A stretch of 10,589 bases of DNA from a virus (taxonomy: Duplodnaviria > Heunggongvirae > Uroviricota > Caudoviricetes), in the IMG/VR virus record IMGVR_UViG_2541047790_000003; one strand, written 5' to 3'. The translations under genes and the position numbers were made by a program. The first letter of the stretch is position 1. The number at the start of each line of letters is the position of its first letter. Below the pieces are notes generated by a model. It was not told the DNA's origin, did not search any database, and saw only the letters and a program-made list of their open reading frames with translations. This document shows, piece by piece, positions 1 through 6,548 of the stretch.

Positions 1-189
1 TGGATGTTCGCGGGTTCCGACAGCGGTGGTGAACATGCGGCGGTGTTGTACTCGCTGATCGGCACATGCCGTCTGAACAATGTGGAGCCAGAAAAGTGGC
101 TGCGTTACGTCATTGAACATATCCAGGACTGGCCGGCAAACCGGGTACGCGATCTGTTGCCCTGGAAAGTTGATCTGAGCTCTCAGTAA
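1..189 (+). CDS. IS66-family transposase, C-terminal fragment (5' end lies outside the window)
   Basis: Frame is open from base 1 to TAA at 187-189. Translation ...FAGSDSGGEHAAVLYSLIGTCRLNNVEPEKWLRYVIEHIQDWPANRVRDLLPW resembles the conserved C-terminal region of IS66-family transposases (from memory). Confidence 0.7.
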   Translation, partial: WMFAGSDSGGEHAAVLYSLIGTCRLNNVEPEKWLRYVIEHIQDWPANRVRDLLPWKVDLSSQ

Positions 190-219
190 ATATCAATACG
201 GTTCTGACGAGTCGCTTAC
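1..219 (+). mobile_element. Right end of an IS66-family insertion sequence (partial; boundary approximate)
   Basis: About 30 bp after the transposase stop the sequence reads ...GAGTCGCTTAC (ending at 219); its reverse complement GTAAGCG... is the usual start of IS66-family terminal inverted repeats. Lambda-like sequence follows immediately. Confidence 0.5.
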
Positions 220-423
220 CTTTTCCAGAAATGCGTTTGGAATGAACGTATATCCATCCTCTTTTGGTAGAGACGGGAGCAACGCCCTCGCCTCAGCCTT
301 CAGAAGCTCAGTTCTGGCAACTTTCACAAAAGAGATTTGAGTTCTTTCATCAATGGAACGAAGGAAGCGCAAACGCTTAGCTTCTTTGTGTGTATCAGGT
401 GGATTAAAGCCTTTGTTTCGCAT
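193..423 (-). pseudogene. Truncated phage gene in the replication-module position downstream of cII, fused to IS-derived codons
   Basis: ATG at 423-421 with GAGGT 8 nt upstream, 22 nt after the cII stop. 76 codons (MRNKGFNPPDTHKEAKRLRFLRSIDERTQISF...); the last ~8 codons lie inside the putative IS terminus before TGA at 195-193. Not recognisable as lambda O. Confidence 0.4.
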
Positions 424-499
424 ATAATTACCTCGTTGGATGTTGTTAAAATTCCATTTGTATTTGATCAGAACGCTCGGTTGCCGCCGGGCGTTTTTT
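423..499 (+). ncRNA. oop: oop-like antisense RNA (3' end defined by terminator; 5' end approximate)
   Basis: Intrinsic terminator on the plus strand inside the cII 3' end (stem 474-493 with G-U wobbles, T-run 494-499), as for lambda OOP RNA, which is antisense to the cII 3' end. A perfect TATAAT sits at 423-428 upstream. Length and start are not determinable from sequence alone. Confidence 0.4.
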
Positions 500-739
500 A
501 TTGGTGAGAATCGAAGCAACTTGTCGTGCCAATCGAGCCATGTCGTCGTCGACGACACCCCATTCAAGAACAGCAAGCAGCATTGAGAACTTTGGAATCC
601 AGTCCCTCTTCCACCTGCTGATCTGCGACTTATCAACTCCCACAGCTTCCGCTGTCTTCTCAGTTCCAAGCATTGCGATTTTGTTAAGCAACGCACTCTC
701 GATTCGTAGAGCCTCGTTGCGTTTGTTTGCACGAACCAT
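446..739 (-). CDS. cII: Transcriptional activator CII
   Basis: 97-aa translation MVRANKRNEALRIESALLNKIAMLGTEKTAEAVGVDKSQISRWKRDWIPKFSMLLAVLEWGVVDDDMARLARQVASILTNKKRPAATERSDQIQMEF is near-identical to lambda CII as I recall it. True start is ATG at 739-737 with an AGGAAA RBS; the ORF-track start at 799 is an upstream in-frame extension. Confidence 0.95.
   Translation of the reverse strand: MVRANKRNEALRIESALLNKIAMLGTEKTAEAVGVDKSQISRWKRDWIPKFSMLLAVLEWGVVDDDMARLARQVASILTNKKRPAATERSDQIQMEF
474..499 (+). terminator. Rho-independent terminator (oop terminator equivalent)
   Basis: CGCTCGGTTGCCGCCGGGCG forms an ~8-bp stem with a 4-nt loop, followed by TTTTTT at 494-499. Confidence 0.6.
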
Positions 740-760
740 ATGTAAGTATTTCCTTAGATA
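717..760 (+). promoter_or_regulatory. pRE-like CII-activated promoter (TTGC-N6-TTGC CII binding site)
   Basis: TTGC at 717-720 and 727-730 with 6-bp spacing, antisense within the cII 5' end, exactly as at lambda pRE; weak -10 (AAGTAT-like) around 743-748, directed toward cI. Confidence 0.6.
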
Positions 761-818
761 ACAATTGATTGAATGTATGCAAATAAATGCATACACCATA
801 GGTGTGGTTTAATTTGAT

Positions 819-850
819 GCCCTTTTTCAGGGCTGGGATGTGTAAGAGCG
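819..850 (-). promoter_or_regulatory. nutR N-utilisation site (boxA and boxB)
   Basis: On the minus strand, boxA CGCTCTTACACA (850-839) and boxB hairpin GCCCTGAAAAAGGGC (833-819), matching lambda nutR. The region between nutR and the cII start (about 760-815) corresponds to lambda tR1. Confidence 0.75.
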
Positions 851-857
851 GGGTTAT

Positions 858-1067
<210 letters not shown>

Positions 1068-1075
1068 TTAGTACA

Positions 1076-1153
1076 TGCAACTATTATCACCGCTAGAGGT
1101 AAAATAGTCAACACGCACGGTGTTAGATATTTATCCCTTGCGGTGATAGATTT
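1076..1153. promoter_or_regulatory. Right operator OR1-OR2-OR3 with divergent promoters pR (minus) and pRM (plus)
   Basis: 17-bp operators on the plus strand: OR1 TATCACCGCTAGAGGTA (1085-1101), OR2 CAACACGCACGGTGTTA (1109-1125), OR3 TATCCCTTGCGGTGATA (1132-1148). pR -35 TTGACT and -10 GATAAT lie on the minus strand (1111-1106 and 1088-1083). pRM -35 TAGATA (1125-1130) and -10 TAGATT (1148-1153) precede the cI ATG at 1159. Confidence 0.9.
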
Positions 1154-1155
1154 AA

Positions 1156-1872
<717 letters not shown>

Positions 1873-1901
1873 CCACAATACAACCTTGTTGTCGCAAAAA
1901 G

Positions 1902-1949
1902 ATCGCATATGCGATTGTTTATTAGAAATAGAAATCGCCATATAGGCGA
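1902..1949. repeat. Two related palindromes in the cI-to-cargo-gene intergenic region
   Basis: Perfect 14-bp palindrome ATCGCATATGCGAT (1902-1915) and TCGCC-ATATA-GGCGA (1935-1949); both have a TCGC...GCGA core with an AT-rich centre, about 33 bp apart centre to centre. Confidence 0.5.
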
Positions 1950-1990
1950 ATAGTCGATCTCAGTGCATAACATAAGGAAATCAATAACAT

Positions 1991-2896
1991 ATGCCAAATT
2001 TACCGATGGGCGGATCGCAGGGTGAATTACCCTTAGTACCTACAGTAGAAGTTGTTGCTGATGGCATTCCTATGGGGGTGCTTAATGATGGAACCCCTTA
2101 TCTAACTCTTTACGGTTTAGCCAAATTATGTGGCATAGATGAAGCACCTCTTCGAATGTTTACATCTAACTGGGAGACTGAAAAAAATAAGCCAAGAGGA
2201 CAAAAAGTAGCTGCATACTTAGCTGAGAAAGGATTTAACAACGTTGACCGACTGTATACCCGCGTCATAAATAGCTCAAACGTTGAAACACATGCTTATC
2301 CTGACTATGTTTGTATGGCTATCCTCCGTTACTACGCTCTAGATGCCACCAATTTTGATAGGTCAGTCGCAATAGGTAATTTTGTTCGCTTGGCTGAGTA
2401 CACGCTTAAGCGAATGATTTATGAAAAGTCAAATTACAACCCAAATGCTTCAATAGATATCTCATTCGAGAACTATAGAGCAAGGATTAAGCTAAACGAT
2501 CAGATACCGACAACTCATTTTGCAGTATTCAGAGAGATAGCTGACATTGCCATGAACCTGATCGGAGGAGGATTCCCAATGGATGACACCACATCTTTGG
2601 ATGGAAGTGTTGGAATTCACTGGGGAAAGTATTGGACAGCTAATGGGCTATCTGAGAAATTCGGGGAAAGGGTGCAGTACCCACATCTATTCCCCGAAAA
2701 TTACAGGCAGTCAGCTGCAAATAAGCATATAAAAGCTTGGATTTATCCTATTGAGGCACTTGGCGTGTTCAGAAAATGGCTACACGATAATTACGCAATG
2801 GAAAAACTGCCAAATTACCTTGGGAACAAAAAGATTAGTAATGCCTCCGAGCTATTAGAGTTGATAAAAAAACCAGCACTCCCAAATAAGCATTGA
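1991..2896 (+). CDS. Hypothetical 301-aa protein in the rexAB slot; candidate exclusion/defence gene with a possible KilA-N/Bro-N-like N-terminal domain
   Basis: ATG at 1991 with AAGGA 12 nt upstream; 301 codons ending TGA at 2894-2896; protein-like composition; coding sequence is AT-richer by eye than cI and N. No similarity to RexA noticed. The N-terminal segment ...VPTVEVVADGIPMGVLNDGTPYLTLYGLAKLCGIDE... is reminiscent of KilA-N/Bro-N domains; this is unverified. Confidence 0.8.
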   Translation: MPNLPMGGSQGELPLVPTVEVVADGIPMGVLNDGTPYLTLYGLAKLCGIDEAPLRMFTSNWETEKNKPRGQKVAAYLAEKGFNNVDRLYTRVINSSNVETHAYPDYVCMAILRYYALDATNFDRSVAIGNFVRLAEYTLKRMIYEKSNYNPNASIDISFENYRARIKLNDQIPTTHFAVFREIADIAMNLIGGGFPMDDTTSLDGSVGIHWGKYWTANGLSEKFGERVQYPHLFPENYRQSAANKHIKAWIYPIEALGVFRKWLHDNYAMEKLPNYLGNKKISNASELLELIKKPALPNKH

Positions 2897-2907
2897 TCTC
2901 CACCACA

Positions 2908-2934
2908 ACCCGGCATCTGCGCCGGGTTTTCTTT
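2908..2934 (+). terminator. Rho-independent terminator downstream of the 301-aa gene (tImm equivalent)
   Basis: Stem ACCCGGC (2908-2914) pairs with GCCGGGT (2921-2927) around loop ATCTGC, followed by a T-rich run TTTTCTTT. Confidence 0.75.
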
Positions 2935-3084
2935 GCCTAACGCCCCCAAAAAACACATAACCAATTGTATTTATTTTAAAATTAATAGATACAACTCGCT
3001 AAACATCGCAATTCATATCTCTCGATCACCTTCCCAATCCACACAACCCTGCAAAAAATAAATCTATATAAAAAACATACAGAT

Positions 3085-3155
3085 AACCATCTGCGGTGAT
3101 AAATTATCTCTGGCGGTGTTGACATGAATACCACTGGCGGTGATACTAAGCACAT
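3085..3155 (+). promoter_or_regulatory. Left operator OL3-OL2-OL1 with promoter pL
   Basis: OL3 AACCATCTGCGGTGATA (3085-3101), OL2 TATCTCTGGCGGTGTTG (3105-3121), OL1 TACCACTGGCGGTGATA (3129-3145); -35 TTGACA (3119-3124) and -10 GATACT (3142-3147). Matches lambda pL/OL with a few substitutions. Confidence 0.9.
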
Positions 3156-3187
3156 CAGCAGGACGCACTGACCACCATGAAGGTGAT

Positions 3188-3217
3188 GCTCTTAAAAATT
3201 AAGCCCTGAAGAAGGGC
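3188..3217 (+). promoter_or_regulatory. nutL N-utilisation site (boxA and boxB)
   Basis: boxA GCTCTTAAAAATT (3188-3200) and boxB hairpin GCCCTGAAGAAGGGC (3203-3217) in the pL leader. Confidence 0.8.
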
Positions 3218-3374
3218 AGCATTCAAAGCAGAAAGCTTTGGTGTGTGTGATACGAAACGAAGCATTGGCCGGAAGTGCGAATCCGGATTAGCTGCCAATG
3301 TGCCATTGCGGGGTGTTTTCGTTCAGGAATACGACTCCCACACACAACCAAAGCTAACTGACAGGAGAATCCTG

Positions 3375-3701
3375 ATGGATGCACAAACACGCCGCCGCGA
3401 ACGTCGCGCAGAGAAACAGGCTCAATGGAAAACAGCAAACCCCCTGTTGGTTGGGGTAAGCGCAAAACCAGTTAACCGCCCTATTCTCTCGCTGAATCGC
3501 AAACCGAAATCACGAGTAGAAAGCGTACTGAATCCGATAGACCTTACAGTGCTGGCTGAATACCACGAACAGATTGAAAGCAACCTGCAGCGTATTGAGC
3601 GCAAGAATCAGCGCACATGGTACAGCAAGCCACGCAGTGAAATGGGTGTGACTTGTGTTGGTCGCCAGAAAATGAAATTAGGCAGCAAACCACTTATTTG
3701 A
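3375..3701 (+). CDS. N: Antitermination protein N
   Basis: ATG at 3375 with AGGAGA RBS. Translation MDAQTRRRERRAEKQAQWKTANPLLVGVSAKPVNRPILSLNRKPKSRVESVLNPIDLTVLAEYHEQIESNLQRIERKNQRTWYSKP... includes the arginine-rich boxB-binding N-terminus; about 90% like lambda N from memory, with a divergent C-terminus. The ORF-track start at 3243 is an upstream extension. Confidence 0.95.
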   Translation: MDAQTRRRERRAEKQAQWKTANPLLVGVSAKPVNRPILSLNRKPKSRVESVLNPIDLTVLAEYHEQIESNLQRIERKNQRTWYSKPRSEMGVTCVGRQKMKLGSKPLI

Positions 3702-3712
3702 GAGGAATTAAT

Positions 3713-4336
3713 ATGTCATCAATCCGCTTAACTACGAGAATGAAAGAGGAAATCGCTCGTAACGCTTTAATTAAGTCTGGGGTTTTCACTGAACTTGAAG
3801 AAGTAACAAAGTTAAAGAACCAGCTTGCACTTGACGCCAGAGTTATTGCGTTTGGCGGGAAAAAGAAAACTGAGGAAGTTGATCAGTTATCATCCAAGTT
3901 GGTAGCTATAAGTGAAGAACTTGAAAAGATGGGATGTTCATTTTACTCATACGATGTTCGTTCTACTTCAATTTATCTGACTGCATCTGGCAGAAGGATT
4001 GGATGGCATTCATATGGGAAAGACGGCAACGGCGAAGATATATTGCTCCCTACTCCGAACAAAGATAAATGCATGTTTAGCGCAGAACACGAAATAACAA
4101 AAAGGTTTGATGAAATCTGCGCATTGCAACAAAAACTTGAAGCCAAGAAAAAGGATATCGAATCAAATGTATGGGCTGCTTTGAACTCAGTCACAACAGT
4201 TAAGCGACTTATTGAGGTTTGGCCTGAAAGCAAAGAATTGCTACCAAAAGAAGCAGATAAAGCAAGTACAGCACTTCCTGCTTTACGGGTAGAAGATTTG
4301 AATAAGATGATTGGACTTCCTTCCGAGGCCGCATAG
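3713..4336 (+). CDS. Hypothetical 207-aa protein (cargo gene immediately after N)
   Basis: ATG at 3713 with GAGGAA 6 nt upstream, 11 nt after the N stop; 207 codons of protein-like composition (MSSIRLTTRMKEEIARNALIKSGVFTELEEV...); low GC by eye. No family recognised. Confidence 0.8.
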   Translation: MSSIRLTTRMKEEIARNALIKSGVFTELEEVTKLKNQLALDARVIAFGGKKKTEEVDQLSSKLVAISEELEKMGCSFYSYDVRSTSIYLTASGRRIGWHSYGKDGNGEDILLPTPNKDKCMFSAEHEITKRFDEICALQQKLEAKKKDIESNVWAALNSVTTVKRLIEVWPESKELLPKEADKASTALPALRVEDLNKMIGLPSEAA

Positions 4337-4351
4337 TCGGCCTTTATTTTT
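4326..4351 (+). terminator. Rho-independent terminator overlapping the stop of the 207-aa gene
   Basis: AGGCCG (4326-4331) pairs with CGGCCT (4338-4343) around loop CATAGT, followed by TTTATTTTT. Confidence 0.7.
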
Positions 4352-4399
4352 GGCATAAACAACAGAATAAACACTGCACTGAATTATTTGAGGTGAGAT

Positions 4400-4870
4400 A
4401 TGACAAAATCACGGAGCGTACCTTTTCCTGAATCAGAAACTGAACATAATGGAATGCCTGTTTTCTGGAGATTCCAAGCGACAGTTGAAGAAGATGGAAT
4501 CAAAATATTCGCACTTCAATATATAGCTTTTCATCAGACAGAGCATTATGCATGGTTGGTTCCTGCGCATTGGATTGTTGATTTTAAACCAGCACCAAAT
4601 CAGTGGTTACAGGAATGGAAACAAAGGAGAAATAGATATGCAATTAAGAAAGTAGCAAAAAATGCAGAAAGATCTTTTGCATTCCCAACGAAGAAACTTG
4701 CTATTGAAAGTTTATTGCGTCGGAAGAAATACCATTTAATGAGAATAAAACAAGATTTGGCTGTTGTATCAACTCTTGTTGATGGGATGAAAAATATTGA
4801 TACATCAATACCAGATATTGAATATAACTTTGGACACAACCAAGAAACAGAAAATTGGGTATTTTATTAG
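4400..4870 (+). CDS. Hypothetical 156-aa protein (second cargo gene)
   Basis: ATG at 4400 with GAGGTGA RBS 4390-4396; 156 codons (MTKSRSVPFPESETEHNGMPVFWRFQATVEEDGIKIF...), basic C-terminal half; low GC by eye. No family recognised. Confidence 0.8.
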   Translation: MTKSRSVPFPESETEHNGMPVFWRFQATVEEDGIKIFALQYIAFHQTEHYAWLVPAHWIVDFKPAPNQWLQEWKQRRNRYAIKKVAKNAERSFAFPTKKLAIESLLRRKKYHLMRIKQDLAVVSTLVDGMKNIDTSIPDIEYNFGHNQETENWVFY

Positions 4871-4882
4871 TACGAATAAGCA

Positions 4883-4914
4883 CTGTGTATTCATTCCAAC
4901 GAGTGAATACACGG
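4883..4914 (+). other. Strong hairpin / inverted repeat without a T-tract
   Basis: GTGTATTCA (4885-4893) pairs perfectly with TGAATACAC (4904-4912) around a 10-nt loop, extendable by two flanking pairs; not followed by a U-run. Confidence 0.45.
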
Positions 4915-4974
4915 AGCAATGTCGCTCGTAACTAAACAGGAGCCGACTTGTTCTGATTATTGGAAATCTTCTTT

Positions 4975-5000
4975 GCCCTCCAGTGTGAGGGCGATTTTTT
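4975..5000 (+). terminator. Rho-independent terminator
   Basis: GCCCTC (4975-4980) pairs with GAGGGC (4987-4992) around loop CAGTGT, followed by GATTTTTT. Confidence 0.75.
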
Positions 5001-5020
5001 ATCTATGAGGATATGAATAG

Positions 5021-5389
5021 ATGTCAAACATCAAAAAATACATCATTGATTACGACTGGAAAGCATCAATAGAAATTGAAATCGACCATGACGTAATGAC
5101 AGAGGAAAAACTTCACCAGATTAATAATTTCTGGTCAGACTCTGAATACCGACTCAATAAACACGGCTCTGTATTAAATGCTGTATTAATCATGCTGGCG
5201 CAACATGCTCTGCTTATAGCAATTTCAAGCGACTTAAATGCATATGGTGTTGTGTGTGAGTTCGACTGGAATGATGGAAATGGTCAGGAAGGATGGCCTC
5301 CAATGGATGGTAGCGAAGGAATAAGAATTACCGATATCGATACATCAGGAATATTTGATTCAGATGATATGACTATCAAAGCCGCCTGA
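5021..5389 (+). CDS. Ea10-like early protein (122 aa); identity tentative
   Basis: ATG at 5021 with GAGGA upstream; 122 codons, the same length as lambda Ea10, in the same relative position of the pL operon; acidic C-terminus. Assignment is from position and weak recollection. Confidence 0.6.
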   Translation: MSNIKKYIIDYDWKASIEIEIDHDVMTEEKLHQINNFWSDSEYRLNKHGSVLNAVLIMLAQHALLIAISSDLNAYGVVCEFDWNDGNGQEGWPPMDGSEGIRITDIDTSGIFDSDDMTIKAA

Positions 5390-5423
5390 GAGCGTTTTTA
5401 AAGAATACAACGAAGGAGGATAT

Positions 5424-6392
5424 ATGAGTGAAGTAACAGATTTAGTTGTTATTGAAAAATCAAATGCAATGACTGTATTTCAGTCTGCCGACCAGATTGA
5501 AGAAATCCTTCAAAAGGTTGAACGTGAAGTTATGTCCTTTGTTCCTGATATCACAACGGCAAAGGGCAGGAAGGAGATCGCTTCTCTGGCGTATAAAGTT
5601 GCGCAGACGAAAACATATCTCGATGGTCTTGGCAAAGACCTTGTTGCTGAACTGAAGGAAATTCCAAAGCTAATTGATGCCAACCGCAAGACAGTGCGTG
5701 ATCGCCTTGATGAGCTGAAAGCCAAGGCACGCCAGCCTCTTACTGATTATGAGGAAGAACAGGCGCGGATTAAAGCCGAAGAAGAAGCTAAGGCAGCAGC
5801 TGAAGCTCTCGCAAAGCAAATTGAGTCTGACCATGAAATAGCTATTTTGATGGATCGCGAATTTGACCGCCAAAGAGAAGAGGCAAGACTCAAAGCGGAG
5901 CAGGAAAAGCGAGAGCATGAAGAACGCTTAAAAAGAGAAGCTGAAGAGAAAGCCAGAGCAGAAGCCGAAGCAAAGGCAAAAGCCGAAATTGAAGCAGCAG
6001 CAAGGCGAGAAGCAGAAGCTAAGGCCGCTGCGGAACGAGCAGAGCGTGAACGCATTGAAGCCGAGCAACGAGCACAGCGCGAAGCAAAAGAGGCAGCAGA
6101 ACGAGCTGAAAGAGAAAAGCAGGCAGCAATTGAAGCAGAACGCAGAAAAGCACAGGAGGAGGCTGAACAAATCCGTCGCGATGCTGAAGCAAAAGAGCAA
6201 GCCAGAATAGCAGAAGAAAAAAGAATCAAGGACGAAGAAGAGCGTAGAGCAAAGGATAAAGCTCACCGGAAAGAAGTTAATAACAAAATACTTGCTGACC
6301 TTATCAAGGTTGGCGCATCAGAAGATGTTGCTAAAAATATCATAACAGCCATCGTAAAAGGCGAAGTATTCGCAACAAAAATAACCTACTAA
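5424..6392 (+). CDS. Hypothetical 322-aa protein with a long E/A/K/R-rich central helix
   Basis: ATG at 5424 with AAGGAGGA RBS. Globular-looking N-terminus (about 110 aa), then about 180 residues made almost entirely of E, A, K, R and Q (EAEAKAKAEIEAAARREAEAKAAAERAERERIEAEQRAQREAKEAAERAEREKQ...), then a short C-terminal domain. Confidence 0.85.
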   Translation: MSEVTDLVVIEKSNAMTVFQSADQIEEILQKVEREVMSFVPDITTAKGRKEIASLAYKVAQTKTYLDGLGKDLVAELKEIPKLIDANRKTVRDRLDELKAKARQPLTDYEEEQARIKAEEEAKAAAEALAKQIESDHEIAILMDREFDRQREEARLKAEQEKREHEERLKREAEEKARAEAEAKAKAEIEAAARREAEAKAAAERAERERIEAEQRAQREAKEAAERAEREKQAAIEAERRKAQEEAEQIRRDAEAKEQARIAEEKRIKDEEERRAKDKAHRKEVNNKILADLIKVGASEDVAKNIITAIVKGEVFATKITY

Positions 6393-6416
6393 TAAAACCA
6401 ACATAAGGAACCACCC

Positions 6417-6548
6417 ATGATTTACGCAATCGCGGGAGGCGCTCGCATGGGTGCCTTCCAACTAAATGAATCTTTACTTGAACGAATCACCCGTAAATTA
6501 CGTGACGGATGGAAAAGAGTTGAGGTCTTATTATGCGCAATGAAATAG
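6417..6548 (+). CDS. cIII: CIII-like protease (FtsH/HflB) inhibitor, 43 aa
   Basis: ATG at 6417 with AAGGAA RBS 6405-6410. Translation MIYAIAGGARMGAFQLNESLLERITRKLRDGWKRVEVLLCAMK shares YAIAG and the core ESLLERITRKLRDGWKR with lambda CIII as I recall it. Below the ORF-track length cutoff. Confidence 0.8.
   Translation: MIYAIAGGARMGAFQLNESLLERITRKLRDGWKRVEVLLCAMK

Noticed and set aside
501-761. Plus-strand 86-aa ORF antisense to cII
   Set aside because: Lies entirely antisense to the well-supported cII gene, with no RBS; the known plus-strand features here are pRE and oop transcripts, not a protein.
193-799. Upstream extensions of cII (446-799) and of the downstream gene (193-732) in the ORF track
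   Set aside because: The cII start is fixed at ATG 739-737 by the near-identical lambda CII sequence and its RBS. The 193-732 ORF overlaps cII in another frame; only its distal part from ATG 423, which has an RBS, is plausible.
1991-2896. Possibility that the gene after cI is rexA/rexB
   Set aside because: Only one ORF is present (lambda has two), and its sequence does not resemble RexA as I recall it; treated as different cargo in the same slot.
3223-3604. Minus-strand ORFs overlapping the nutL leader and N (3223-3465 -, 3422-3604 -) and the N upstream extension from 3243
   Set aside because: N starts at ATG 3375 with an RBS and matches lambda N; the antisense ORFs have no RBS and overlap N.
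3973-4919. Minus-strand ORFs antisense to the two cargo genes (3973-4374, 4600-4839, 4701-4919), considered as possible sieB-like genes transcribed opposite to N
   Set aside because: No convincing RBS, hydrophobic low-complexity translations typical of antisense AT-rich coding DNA, and complete overlap with better-supported sense ORFs. A membrane protein cannot be fully excluded without a search.
5510-6266. Long ORFs antisense to or out of frame with the 322-aa gene (5510-5725 -, 5670-5918 -, 5747-6229 -, 5928-6266 -, 5989-6210 +)
   Set aside because: They fall within the GAA/GCA/GAG-rich repetitive coding region, translate to low-complexity S/A/C/F/L-rich strings, and lack RBSs; they are artefacts of the codon-repetitive sense gene.
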